A stretch of 64,000 bases of DNA from Oculina patagonica (taxonomy: Eukaryota), in NCBI RefSeq assembly GCF_052425735.1, contig NC_135763.1, positions 3,162,001 through 3,226,000 on the forward strand, in the 5' to 3' direction. The position numbers and the translations under genes are program-made. How positions within the stretch are numbered: position 1 is the first letter of the stretch; each line of letters starts with the position of its first letter. Under the pieces are notes generated by a model, which ran no database searches, was not told the origin of the DNA, and was given only the letters and a program-made list of their open reading frames with translations. Positions 23,374 through 38,300 of the stretch are shown piece after piece.

Positions 23374-26300
23374 TTAAAAGGGCCTTAATGTGCTAGAAAG
23401 TCCCCTGAGGGGCCAGCGCGTAGAAGGCACATCTTTGTTGTCCACGTCTAACAGCATCACAGGCTCCCGCTGACAAATCCTGGACGAGTAGCATGGGCAC
23501 GAGTATGACACAGCAGCACGTACAGGGTCATTCAACGTAGCCTTTTCAGTCTGAGGAAGAGCCACAATATGCACCACAGGGAGAGGGGTTGGGCCTGATT
23601 TGGGCGGCGCATCCAAGAGGTCCCCGGTAGTTTTTTCCCAGGCGCAGCCCCACAGGTAAATACCGTACACGAACATTCCGTCCAGCGGTGGTTCTCTCAA
23701 CTAGGAAAAGACAATTAAGGAAAGCCTTACTTTGCACGTTCAAAAAATCACTGGCAAACTGAAATCGTGCCAGAAATAGTTCGAAACAAAACAAAAATAG
23801 CAATTACAAGAAGAATTCCAGTAACAAAGGCCCCGCTCGCGATGGTTAAGTAACCTGATTACGTGTTACTTCTGGCGTTGAATTTCAGATCTTGAGCCCT
23901 GGCCGGGGTCGTTGAGCTGTGTTCTTAAGCAAGAAGCTTAATGCAATAAGCAATACCGGGTTCGGAGCGAGTACAGCAAAAAGAGGCGCCGTCTTTTCTC
24001 CGCGCCCACAGATGCTAGCCAATCACATAGTTGTTTATATCCTGTTTTGCAGCCGTTATTCAAACATACAAAATTACTCTACTGGAACAAAATATGAGAA
24101 GGTTTTCTTACGTGATCTTTGTCTCTTCCGGTGATTTCTGTCTGGAAAACAAACGGCTCTGTTGCGGAAGCTTTTCCTTCAGAGTTCCTAACGGCCTCCT
24201 GGACACAGACAATGAAAAAAAAAATATAGATTGAAAACATTGATCGTTTACCTTTAAAGGGGCTTTTTTCAGGGATTTTAACAGATTTTTGAACAGCTTA
24301 AATTCGTACTTGTGTTGTAGGAAACCTAAAAATAATGGTCCAATTTCTATTAAAATTGCTCTATTAGAGCACTGAAACTGCTTAAAAGCGTATTTGGCTG
24401 CGGATGGCTTGGATGGAAATGGATTGCAACTTGAAAAATAAAGGCTTAACTTTTCAAGTTGTTACCGCGCGTCTTTTACAAATTGATATTTATGGCTGTA
24501 GCTTGATTTCTATCCGCAAATTAAGGTTATATCTTCCTTAGGATGTTCAAAGACAATGTTTTTCATGGGTTTAGTTGCCTACCACTAACTTCAGAACAGT
24601 TTTGACCACAAATCTACGAAATCGCCGTGACGTAGCTTAAGCATGCTAATTGACCTCACCTGTTTAATAATGGAAAGAAACCGTCGGGGGTTGAAGAAAG
24701 CTCCTAGCCAATAAGCTGGTACTTTTTCACGACCCTGAAAAAAGGCAAGGATACGTATTAGCACGTTGCTGAAATCAACGCAAACCTAAAACTACGGAGT
24801 TTTGGTAAGCACCCAACATTAACAGTATCTGGGCTTTTGTTACCTGCACAATAATCCGGTCAATGTGCGAGAATCGGTTACCAAGGTCGGTAAACCACGC
24901 TGCTAAACTCCAAGTAGGGGGTGGGGAGGAATCGCCTCCCAATTGATTCCATTTGCTGGGGATTCTTGAGTGATACAAGTCGTCTGCGGCGTCCAGCAGC
25001 TCTTCACTAATGCGGTCACCACACAGGCCGTCCTCTGTCGCCGCCTTGATTGACTGCAATAAACACACAATTAATTTAACTGCGATGACATAACAGGAGC
25101 TACGTCAGGAAAATAAAAGGAGCTCGATGACCAACATTTGAAAAATTTAGCTTAAAGTTTCAATGCTGTCGCTTGTAATCCTTCTTCACAGTTAAAATCT
25201 ACAATGCAACGTGGGTAACAAATGCCAACAGCATAACTCAGGATTAATTATTTTATCATATTTCAATTCTTGTCATTTAGCATTAGACAGAGTTAGCGTA
25301 ACACACAGTCTTCGATAAACTCCTTTAAAAATGTAATTAGCTTAGTTTCTTCCTAAATTTGAAAAAAATACAAATAAAAAAATAAGCCAAAGAATTACAG
25401 TGCGACTACTCTAATCAAGGTCATCTGACAAAATCTGTGCAAAATCAGGAATGAAAACCTTGCATGTAAACAATAGATTTTCCGCAAATTGTGATTCTAC
25501 ACCAGCTACATGCTACAGAAACAATAAATTTGTGATCATTTTTATTGTTCTAACATTCAAAACTATTGGTCAATTTGTGAAGAATTTGCTTGGGTGGCCT
25601 TAGTTGGAGTAGTCACACTAAAATGAATGTTTGTTTTGCATCTAGTTGCCATGACAACGAAGACGCGCATGACGTTTCAATAAAACGTCATCGGTATTTT
25701 ACTGTATATTTAAATAAGTTCATTTACCACTAAAGTTTCACGAACGCATGCCAACAATCTATGCATACACTCCATTTCAGCTATCACGAATAGATTAAAG
25801 GGATTAGGACCTCCTGATTTCTTCATACGTTCATACACACTTTCCTGCAAAATAGAAACAAAGACACTCTAGTGACCGACCAACACAAAGATGACAAACA
25901 ACAAATGCTGTAGAAGTCTTTTTCATTATGTCAATCATTTAAAAAGAATAAAAGGATAAACCTTATAACGACGAACGAAAGGATGTCGCGAGCAATAGTT
26001 TAACGCGACAAAAGGGTAAAACAAGGAAGATTACTTCCCAAATCCATTAATAATTTATCAAGTTAAAACAAAAAAAATCATAACCGTGAAGGAGGTTTGG
26101 ATACCCAGTCTTAATAAGCATAGATTTTTACGATTTAATTTATCCGTTTATTCCGTAGTTTTGCCGATGAAAGTGTTACATCGGCTATCCAAACACCTCA
26201 AATTTCGTCACAAATACTCCGCTGCGCATTATATTTTCAACTCTCTTCTCAGTGTTTGGATATCTCCATGAAACACTGTAGCTCGTGTTTGATATATTAC

Positions 26301-29300
26301 AGCAAATATGTTATACTTGAGCGTTGTCTCACAAAGTCATAACAAAGTAATTAAGTATGGACAAGTGAAAACAGCAAGACAGCTTATTAGGAAGGACCGT
26401 CTTGGCAGAATGAAACTAACCTTAGTCCAGACTTTTGGAACCTTCGCCAGCATCGTCGTGCAAACTTCGTTGAGCTCGATCTCCTTGCGATTACGAAACG
26501 CGACAAGACTGGCACTAGCGAACACTCCCTTTTCGGCAACATTTATTGAGCCTGCTCCAGAGGTGTGTACCGCTGAACTCTGCTGAATAACGCCAGAGGA
26601 CGGCATGAGCGTAGAAGGCTCCACAACAGAGTGCGTGAGCGTGTCGGACGAGGCCATTCGATCCAGAAGGTAGTTTAAACGAGTGAACACGTACTGCTCG
26701 TCTCCCAGCTGAGTCTACACAAAAAAAGGATAACATCTTATTATATAGAAGCGAGTGTTTTACTGGAAAATAGACTACTGATAGAATTCACACGAAATTA
26801 CATCCGGGACCGTAGTGGCGTATTGTCCATATCCTCACTAGTGAGGATATCGATGACGTCATTTCGCGCCATTGCACGGCTGAACGGCGGCCAAACTTTG
26901 CCAAACGCCGGTTTAAAGATGGATAGTGATAGAGTGATAGATTCGTTTACTATTAAAGGGGCTAGAAAATACAAACACGAAGAAGAAAACTTTATGTGGC
27001 TCAAAACATTTTAAGGAGTTTCTTGCAAAATAGACCAAAGGAAAGATAATTAAGAAATTCCAGCCGCCGATCGCGAAGTGCAATAGTTAACATATAATAG
27101 GTTTGTGCTTTGGACACTTCTGTAGTTTTTGTCTATATAAACATAAACTACATTGCAAGGGAGTTTAAAGTGAACACACAAAATGTATTTACACTGAAAA
27201 AGGCAGCGCTTCTAGAATAAAAGCAAAAAAAGGTCCAACAGACAAACCATCTGAATTTTCTTCACATTTTTTATTTCTCAATTCTCAGATTGAGGATGCT
27301 CAGGAGGCTAAAAAACGCGCCACTTAAACGATTGTTACATTTTTCCAATTTAACATCGAAATTTAGAAGTAATTATTTATAAAGCGAACAAGTGTCCGTT
27401 AAAATTTTAAATGACAATGTTTAGAGAGGAAGCCACATCAGCTCCAGCTGGTCCTCTATCCAGGTCGAACTGGAATTTGGAATGTTGGTTTTTCAGGAGG
27501 GAGGAAAACCGGAAAACCCGGAGATAAACCCTCGGAGCAAGGCGAGAACCAACAACAAACTCAACCCACATATGGCGCCTGGCTGGAATATAACCTTGGC
27601 CACACTGGTGGAAGGCGAGCACTCTCACCACTGCGCCATCCCTGTTCCCTGTTTCACCGCGGTCAAACGTCTCAGGCAGCTTTTCTTTCCATTTCGACGT
27701 TTTTAGTTCATATTGAAGTATTAGTACGAGCAAGGATAGATAAAAAAATAGTTGCTGAGTGTAAACATAATCCCATTTCCTCAGGAAAACGAGTGTTTTT
27801 CCTTTTTAAATGTTTCGCATTCGAACCAAAGTGCTTTGACAAAATAGCGCCGACAAGTCCGCATATCGCTATTTTCAAACACGTAGAACTTTTTTAGTAA
27901 AGCTCAAAAAACTTAGTAAACCCTTAGAATACCGGTTATGTATCGAACTGTGAACTGTGAAAATTTATTTTTTTTTGCATATTCCTGTCGTTTGACCGCG
28001 GTCGAGTTCCCTGTAGACCCATTAGCAAGATGACGCCAAGAGAAATCGACAGTAAACCAAAGTCTTCGATAAACAGGCTCAGGAACTATATAATACTAAA
28101 TAACAACTTGTCTTAGAAGCTGCTAACCATTCTTCCTGAAGTTATGTAAACTATACCACTAAGAAGGAAGTTGTTCCTCTTGTTTGACATGCCACGTCAC
28201 TGCTGATCATTCTACTCACCTCAGGGGAGGGGTGGAGACCACATGCCTCAGGAACTTCGAGTCCTTCACCAGGTAACCCTTCAAGTGCTGACCACAGGTT
28301 GTTCAGTCTGACGTGACTGCCGAACAGCGCTGATGGTAGTTTATACTTGACTGCGAAAGAAGACAAAACAACACAAGTTTGGTAAAAAAAAAAAGCCTGA
28401 AGGAGACGTGAACAAAAGGAGAAGCCACGAGCCAAACGGCCCACACTGCCGGAGCTTATCCCGGTTTCCGTAGCATTAAGCGGCTAGGAATATTTTTACT
28501 CCCCCCTGAATGGGATGCTAGTCCATTGCAGGGTTCCCCCCCCCCCAGCATTATGTCGCCGGTACCCATTTATACACCTGGGTGGATAGAGGCATTATGA
28601 GAGTAAGTTGTCTTGCCCAAGAACACAACACATGTGACCCCGGCCGGGGCTCGAACTCGGACCGCTCGATCCGGGGCCCGGCGCACTAACCATTAGGCCA
28701 CCGTGCCTCCCATTAGAGTTTTCCGATTTAGCGGAAAATTCACTTAAATGGAACACATTTTTCCGCCTATTGAAAATCTTATTAAATTCACTTAGTTAAC
28801 CCATTAAAAGTACATTAATCTGCTGGCTTGTTTTCTCTGTTTTACTATCCCTCAGGAAAGTGGGATTCTACGGTAGTCTAAAATGTCAAAAGCTATCCCA
28901 GAATAAAATGATGTTGCCGTCAAGTTTGGGATTGGGTTCAACAGTTTTTTCGGGACCAAACCGAAAATTTCCCTTCATCGGATTGACATAAAAGTTACAC
29001 TAGTTATTGCTCTAGGATTGAAGTTTTGATGATGTGTATTTCTTACTCACTAAATCGATATTACCGTAATAACGGTAAACAGAAAACTCAAAATCAGGAA
29101 ATCTTAAATTTTGCGCGATCCACGTTTTGTTATAGAGAGCTATTACCAATATAGTAAAATGTGGTGCATTGGCAATAAAATATGTAAGAATTTTATTTTA
29201 AAAAAATCTTTTTTATTTCGAATAAAATGCACAAAATATTTCCAATCATTAACCTAGGCACGCAACGCCACTCGCGGCCACATTTCTCAACAGCCTGCAC

Positions 29301-32300
29301 AATCATCATTCTCAATAGATGTGTATCGATGATTTGACATTTTGCGCTTTGGTAACTTTTTCTTCCGCGCGTGTTGTCCACTACTCAAGGGCAGTGTAAT
29401 ATCACCATGCAGTGCAGCTCTCAAAAAAGTATTGCTCTCGTCAAATGGCATACCTGAAGGCAGCCAGTCCACATGACATGGCCACAGTTTCGAAAGAAAG
29501 AAGAATTAGTTCTGAAACAAAAGGCAAGATAGAAAACAAGATACGTGTGATGTTCGCCTGTTGTACTCGCTCCTAAGGTGCGACAAAAAAGGTGATATGT
29601 TATGTTTACCCGTGGAATTTTTATGTGCAAACGAAAAGAAAACAATAGAACAAAAAGATACCGCCTCATTTTCAAATCCCAAATTTCTATTTATTTGGTG
29701 GCAAAAAGCAAGTTGCAAAACCTTAGAGAAGTGTGAAGTTCCACAAATGGCAACTGTTTGGATGTAAAATAAGTTGTGAAAAAGTTATGCTGCGAAAACT
29801 TTCATGTTCGTTAACGTTTGGGGTTTACTCTGGTGTAAGAACTTGTAAAATGTTTCTTTGTTTTGGGGGCTATTGTTTTCCTGCTTTTTATTGTTTCGAG
29901 GTTCTTTGTTGTCTTGGTCGTTCTTTGTTTTACGTTACTTGTGAGTTTCACAGGTTTCACAGGCTTTTACGTATGCGATAAAAAAGCCGCCTCCTTTCAG
30001 TAACTATTTTTTACACCATGGATACTTTGCACCTAAAAACATTTTTCTTCAGTTGCCTCAGAAAATATACTGCTGTTTTCAATTTATTTTTCTGGGATCC
30101 GGCCTAAATATTTTCAAGCAGTTTAAAAAGAGTATAGTTTGCATTCCACCACGAGACATTGTATTTAGATTGCTAATTTAATCTACTCGTAAACAATGAA
30201 TAACAACTGAAATTTCATTGTAAAAATTGAAACAAACGGCACTTTGCATCTAATTAGCTATAACAGGCGGAAAAAGTCGTTCCATTTCCGTTTAATCGGA
30301 AAACTCTATTAGACGTGAACAAAGAAAAATCTAAGTGTGTTTTTACCCCACTTCGGTACATTTAGATTCATTTAGTAGTGGGCGCGTCATTTGCACAAAG
30401 TACTCAAATTTCTTAATAATTCATCAAGTTAAAACAAAGGAAAACATAACCGTGACGGCGGTTTGGAAATCTCATTTTAATAAGAATAAGTTTTTTTTTG
30501 ATTTTATTTCTCCGTTTTCTCCTTAGTTTTAGTTTCTGTTGAGAAGATATATCAAACACGTGAGGGTGTGTTTCGTCATATTTCCAAACAGCTCGAAGTT
30601 CGCCAAAAATACTCCGTTGCGCGTCGTAATTTTAACTGTTTCCTTGTTGTTTGGAAATGTAATAAAACACTCTCTGTCGTGTTTGATGTCACAAACACTC
30701 TTATAGCCGCCGAAGTGCATTCTACACAGATAAAGTACGTACGGAATTTTGCCACGAAATTCAGTTTTTTGCTCTTTTTTTTTCCAAACCAATGTCCGTT
30801 TCTTCAATCTCGGCACTCCAAGAAAAGAGCAAGGACATGAACAGCGAGAAACAAAAAAGTTTGCTTAATTCTCGTTACAGCTTAAAACGTACAGCTCTGG
30901 CACTTTTAATAAGCCTTTCATACTTACTCTTTGTTGCTTCGAATTCTCGTTTGACTGCTGCCGGACTGATCCAGTAATCGATCATGGCACTCAGGCCCTG
31001 GCGGTCAAACTCATCACTCATGCTTCTGCCGTATACAACCTGCATTTATACACAAAAGCACTGGCTCAATAGGACGTCATTGTTTACATTTTGCCTCATA
31101 AGCATATAACTTTGCGTAGAGAAGGCATTCTGCTATATACAAAGTGACTCCAGATATCTAAAGAGCTTGTGAACTTTAATTATCGGCGAAATTGTCAGCT
31201 CTTTTTGCGCAATATTCAAGGAGATAAAAACGTTCAAAAACTGCAAAAATTTCTGGGTGGCAAAAGCGCGAATGATCTCATACGTTATTTACAATGTTTG
31301 ATATTCTTATGTTGTGGAATACCTCTGCTAACATGTATCTCAATCCATTCCACTGAATACTTCTTGCAGAGCCTCCACTCAGAGCTGCCAAGTCTGAACT
31401 GTCTTGAAACTCGCGTACAGCCAAGTCTAATGCTTGCTGTAATAAATACATCAGAGATGTCAACTCTAGCGATAAAAAACTCAGAACATAAAAATGCCAA
31501 CTTTGTAAAGTGTAAATATGCGTACCCAAAGTTCCGCCGTCCCTAAATTCCTTAGGTCCATGGGCTTGTTCCAGCCTGTCAGTCCATACCTTGTGCGTAA
31601 CCTAACAAGACTGTGCAACATGCACAGGTTGTGCAGCAGAGCAGGCCACTCTGCACGCATGCTAACTCGTAACAGGTCACTATCAACCCACTGAAGAGAA
31701 CGCTGCAAGCTGTCTTTTGTGTTCTACCAAAGGAAACAAAACAAAACCAGCCAGAGATTAGCATGAGCACACTTAAAGGCAGACTTCATACATGTCTTGA
31801 TCTGCGTTTGTTAAACCATTTACTATGTTGCATTGTAATTGTTTTAAAATCAACGATTTTGCGGCTTTAACCAAAGGGGAGCACTGCTTTTCAAGTATTC
31901 CGCAATTAAAACATTTTAAAACAAATTAAGGACTTTCCATGGTGTATGTGTTACGGAAAAGCGACATACATGGCGCTCAGGCTGTTGAACGCACAGGAAA
32001 TTTTATTTTATCTCAAACACATGAATTTTTACGTGAATTCCTTTACAATACACTCCTTACTTGCCAGGCAACCGTGACCACGTTATTGAAGTACAGTTAA
32101 CTCTCTCTCTAAAAAGGACCGGCTCCAACTGTCCGTCTTAAAAAAGTGTCCGTCTTATAGGGAGTTTAGTTACAGTAAAATTACTAAAAACAGCAGGAAC
32201 GAGACCAACACCAGGTGTCCGTCTTATGGAGGTGTCCGTTTAGAGAGACTTGGCTCTACTTCATCATGACCGTACCTTTGGCGAGTCAGCGACAACTTTA

Positions 32301-35300
32301 ACAGCAGACTGCAGAAGAGATGAAGGTATGTCTGTGTGAGGCTGGACGGACACCCACAGTCTAAACTCAGTGTCCACTGTCTTTGTCTCCTGCATGAATG
32401 AATCCAGCGCCGCCAGCAGACGAGGCGAATTGTGCGCGTTATGAAGGAGAACCCAGTGACCCTAAAGATTAAGAACAATCTATATGAACATGGTTTAATC
32501 GCCAAAACAATTTAAAAAGGAACAACTTCAACTAGCTGAGATAGAGAACGTGTACAGTATGGGAATTCGCACTTGCAAATTTTGTTTAATTATCGACATC
32601 TCGCTGTTAGTTTTTTAAACCTTTCAGCAAAACAAAGGGACAACCAACCACACGTGCAAATTATCAGTGATAATCGGAAAATTTTTCCGTGTGCTGCATG
32701 GCACTTGTAAAAGTGACAGGGTTAAAACAAAGTTCTCACTTATTGAGAAGTACGTGCCATAAAAACGTATAAAGTTCCAGACGTTTCGGGCTCAGCCCTT
32801 CATCACTGGAAAAATTCTAGATTGTCAAATTCGTGCAAATTATTGTTATGTTGCTACTTTGATTTCCGCCTTCTATTCTCCTTCGCAGCCGTTATTTGAG
32901 AAGTCACGCATCGCGACGACGATCCGAATAGCGACTATAGCGAAGTGTCCACGCATTAGCATCTTACTTCTTATTCTCAGTTACGTACCTGTACCATGGC
33001 CTTGTGAATCATCTTTCTAGCAACACGTTCTTCACCAATACCAACATTTGCTAGAGCAAGAACGTGCAACTCCACCTAGAAACACAAGAAAAATGTAATG
33101 GAACTGCAGAGTCGTGGCGAGACGATCAAAACACTTTCTGTTCTTACGAGATGGTAAAGCCAATTGCCCATACCGCCGGAGCTTATCCAGGTTTCGGTAA
33201 CTTTAGGTGACTAGGAGTATTTCCACTCCCCCTGGATGGGATGCTAGTCCATCGCAGGGTTACCCCCAGCATTAATTCGCCAGTACCCATTTATAAACCT
33301 GGGTAGATAGAGGCACTATGAGTAAAGTTTCTTGCCCAAAAACACAACACAATGACCCCAGCCAGGGCTCGAACCCGGACTGCTCGACCCGGAGTCCAGC
33401 GCGCTAACCATTAGGTCACCACCTCTCCCACACATTATGACGAGATTAAGAGAAATATAAATAAATTCGGCGTTGTTATAAGCAAGAAAAATTTGCCAAG
33501 TATTTATCTGGTTAAAACAAAGCAGTTTTTTTGCTGAACAATTTACAAAACCTGTTTCTTTTGAGCTCCTTCTATGACCAGCTTTTCCACCATATTAGCT
33601 TCTTGAATGTACAGCAGCACAATGGGTGTACGGCTCTCGCTCTGACGGTATGCAAACGGCAGATCTAGCGGCATCTCAGAAGTGTACCTAAACCGAACAC
33701 AGCATAGCAAAGGATAAAAAAAAAATCAAAATGACAAACTTGTTTCTGCTGCTAAATACAGACGAGCCTACTCAATACGGACATAGAAGGAACAGACAAG
33801 TGTTTGTATTATATTACTTTTGGTCTTTCAAGCGCCAAGTCAGTTGCCCGTAGTAAGGTGCTATGATCTCATGCTATGAGAGGTTGGACTGCAATACAAT
33901 CGAACTTTAAGGGTCGATTATGAAAACGAACTCTATGCGAGAACTGTTTTACGGCAGAATTCAAGTCTCAACAGGCACGACCAACGGGGGCTCAATCGTA
34001 TTATTTAATTACAACGTGGATAAATCGCAGTTCACCTAGAACTGGTTTAAACGTGGTGTATCAGGTACAGCGTGGCTATTGATTTAGGTCCGGTTATGTC
34101 TAAACTTTGTTTTAATATTCGGTCATGAATCTTAAATGCAGAAATAAATGTAAATGTGACGGTAAGATATAAACGTAAATCGTTCTGCAAGCAACTGGCA
34201 CCTTGAAGGCGAGGCTTTCAAAAACTCGTAAGCGATAAATGAAACGCAAATCAATAAGCAGAACACATACTTCTTTCCCAGAACAGATGTTACAAAACAC
34301 GTAGCAGCTGGCATCAGGCGATCTCCTCGAATGGATCTGATCACCATGAATCGCTGAATCAACGTGAACCTGAAAAACATTCACAGACAGGCCTTAAACA
34401 AACAAGAAAAACGCTTCATTATCCCTGAAACGTCAACCTGTCAATTTTTACCCTTGAAACGTAAATTATTTTCAATTTGTCCACCAAATTAATTAACCAA
34501 GAGGAGTTCCCTCATTTTTTCTCAGGGGACGCTCGTGTGCTTTGCCGATTCGACAAACCCTGAAAACAACGCGGAACTACAGTAAAAACCCGCGTATAAG
34601 AAAAAGTGGATTAAGAACACCCAGGCCTGATTTTAGGAAATAAAGTACCATTTATATAAGAACACATTCAGCCTGAAAAATGAAAGTTGTTCTTATATGG
34701 AAAAAATATCAAAGATCAACACTTCTTTTCATTGCACACATAATAGTTCCACCCCAATTACAGTACAGTATTGCCTTGATTTATTCAATTTTATTAAAAT
34801 TAAAATACAATTGTGTGCATATATATTGATTTCATCTATTGGCAGCCTAGTATGTTCCTTATTTTAAGAAACTTTTTTTAAGAACACTTAAGAACACTTA
34901 TGTACAGGCTGATTTTGCAGATTATAACCCTTTATATAAGAACCAAATCAGCCTGAATCGCCAAAATAGGTGTTCTTATACGCGGGTTTTTACTGTACTC
35001 GTAGAATATACACGGATACACGTCAAAGAATTTAACCTCTCGTTCCCAGGCAAGGAATAAAGATTCTTATTTAATTTGACTACCTATAATTTTTATTTTT
35101 AATGTTGGTTATGAGAATTTGGCGGAAAGATGACAATTTTTCTTTATTCTCGTAAAGGTTAAATCGAAGCGGCTAGGACTATTAACTGGGGTGCTAGTCT
35201 ATCGCAGGCTACTCCCAAACATTTTGTTAGGTTCCCCTAACAGTTCGTTGGTTTCCATTTAGAGCGGTTTTCACTTGAGTGTCGAAATTAAAGTGAATTG

Positions 35301-38300
35301 CGTTTGCTTTGGTTTTGCATTACTACGCTTAGTGATTGGCTTAAAAGTCTCGCGCCACTTTCTCAGCCAATCAGAATTAAAACCAAAACCAATCGTGACT
35401 CGCTCGCGCACGTTTTCCCGCGCTTCATGCCAGCTACTTGTATTTGCTTCGAGTTTTGATTGGTTCACTGGATTGTCTGTGTCGTTTGTGATTGGCCAGA
35501 GTAATTGCTTTGGTTTTGGTTTTACGACACTCAATTGAAAACTGCTCTATAGGGTATTCTCCTGGGTGAAGAGAGCAGTGTGTCTTCCTGTCGAACGCAA
35601 CACAATGACCTCGGTCAGCCTTCGAACCCTTACATCACGATCCGCGGTCCAACTCATTTACCACCGCGACTCCCACGCAATGTTATGACACGATGAGGTT
35701 GACCTACGTCGATTCACATTCTCGCTGTAACCTAACGATACAGATGCCAATTTATGTTATCTACGTACTTTTCATCCAATCCGTCTGGAAGAGCGACCAG
35801 TTCAGGTCTATCGTGTTCAGTGATCTGTCTCCATTGTGTTTCACGCCCGTCTTTAGTCATCTTCTCAAACGCGTCCTGGAACCACTCGAAATGACCTGCC
35901 AAAAGCTAAAACAAAACGAATACAAAGCAATTAAACAGTGCAGCTCCACTTAACGCAACAACATCAAATCAAACGAGCTTTATTTACAGAATAACATCTC
36001 AGTTCCTGTGACTGTGTGCTCAGTCAAATCACACAACGTAACGTGACGTAAAATTAAGAAAATAATTCCCCTCAGCTCAAAAAACTTCTGACAAAACCGT
36101 CCTTGAATATGAACCCAAGGGATTATTACTTTTTTTCCGGTTTTAAGCCCCCTTACTATTTAACTTGTACTGACAGTATGTTCAGAATTTGCAGTATTCA
36201 AAACGCATCCAATTTATTTTTTTTAACACAAAAATGCCTTATTAACTTCTTTTGGGCTGATCTTGAAAATTAATCGGTAGGTCCTGATATGGCAGAAATA
36301 CGTGCTGTGACCTTTTTCGTTGCATTGTTCTAGACAATCGTTGATTTGTCCATTCAATGTCATGACATATGACTAACGTTATCGATAAGTGAGTATACAC
36401 TTGTATTGACAAGACACCGACCTGTAAATTGGAGTACTGCTCGTCCAACAGCCAATCAAATGGCTTCTTTGCGAGCGTTTTTGACGCAGCCTCTGACACT
36501 GCACTGGGCTGAAGAGCGGTCTTCACTGCCGCACCGAATGACGGGTGGATTAAGAACTCACGGTCACCAGGCCCCACGCGTCCACTGGAGTCTTCAACCT
36601 GCAAGCAAACCCAGTAACATTGTTATTAAAAACAACATGTCGTTAGTGCCGACCGAACACGGTGACTCACACCTGCCCCGAACAGAAGCACGGCGGGAGG
36701 CAGACCCCCGGGGACGGGCGCCGGGGACCACATGTGGAGGACGGCGGGGGGGGGGGCAACGAGAGGGGGGGGGGCAGGGGGGATGTAGTAGCACTTTAAG
36801 CTGGATGAATAACTTCTAAAAAAAAACAAAGTTGACGTCAATCGTTTTTTTAACAACCCACATTAGTAGAACTGTTCTTTTTCCTATCTAATCAACATAA
36901 ACATATATTTACAATAACATCGCGATTCCTAGAGCCCCCCCCCCCCCCCCCCAATAGGGAGGTTTAGCAATGACGGTGGCGAATTGATATTTTACTCGAT
37001 AATCTCGCGTTTATCTAGATGTATTAATTGCATCGATTGTTTAGGAACTAGCTCCAGCTGAATATGTAAAGAGAGCAATGAACCCAAAAAAGAAATACGA
37101 AAATTTAGCCGTCGTCGTTAGCGTTCTCTAAAATACACAGAATTTGGTCATTTCACGTCATTGTTTTTGCAGAGAACTGCTAAGAAATGTACCAACATTC
37201 ACAACGCACATACAGAGCTATAGTTATGCTCATTAAACCTTTTGTTTGGTGACGTTGTCGTTGCCGTAGCCGTCGTAGTTTGCTCCCTAAATTACTCGAA
37301 CCAAACTGGTTTCCCTTGGATTTGCATCACTCATTCAAGCACTGCCATTTTACTCCCGATTTCTCAAAGTAATTTTCCTTTCCCTTGGAGGTTCAAGTAA
37401 TAGGGATTTCAGTGTATTTTTTTTTTTTAAATATACACCTGCCTAGTGAAACGAACGTATATAATTAATGATCCAAAATTAGGTACAAAGCTTGCGGCTA
37501 AATAGGTTTTTGTGATGAAATCCCAAAATAATTCAAACAGTTTCAGTTTGAAACTACAGTTTGCTGTACCGTTCTGGTGAGAATCAAATGGAGGTCCTAC
37601 GTTCCCCAATGGTCTATTGCAACTAGCATATTATTACTAAAAGTTACCTCTAGAGCGCATAGCAAAGAAAACAGAGCTCTGTCTCGTTCAAACAAGGCCC
37701 GTGCTGACGTGTAGAACGCACTTTGAGTCAGCCTTTCCACTACCGCCTTCACGGCAGTCCTGAATAAAAAAAGAGAAAAGCGTAAAAACGTTTAACAGAA
37801 GGTAATCTTGCTTTCATTTACAATGAAATAAGTCATGTCCATGACAGTTTACCCCAAGCGTTCGTTCTGCATTCACATGACAAAGTCGACCGGCTCAACG
37901 TAAGGCGTTTTCACGTGCGCGGTTTTCGCGCGAGATCAAAAACAAATACGGCGCATGTTTCGCGCAAAGATGTTATTGTGGCCATTATTGGCCATATCTG
38001 CAATTTTTCAGTACGAGCAATTTGACCATAGGGCTGCTTCTTTGAGCTAAACAGGAAATACTATCACGTTTTTTCGCTCCTAGTTTAAACTGTGGCCTCC
38101 GTATTCGGTTTCATGAGATGCTGTTTCATCTCGGAACGAAGATCGTTTTCAGTTTCTGAACCAGAATGAAATGTTCCAAAACGAAAATTTCATTCCGGGA
38201 TGAAAAACCGGAGGAATGACTTGTGTGGGAACGAAATTTCGTCTCGGTATCATGTTAACAGATACAGAGAAATATATGGGGATGGAATGAAAGTCATTCT

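Noticed and set aside
29287-29511. Exon-like ORF (MDWLPSGMPFDES...) within a dynein intron
   Set aside because: It lies inside the 28714-30308 TIR element, its splice phases do not fit, and exons 30928 and 28350 join directly in frame.
36660-36790. GC-rich ORFs with poly-Pro/Gly (also 21860-21930, and the poly-T at 39670-39735)
   Set aside because: Homopolymer-laden segments that look like low-quality consensus or degraded repeats; no splice-compatible frame.
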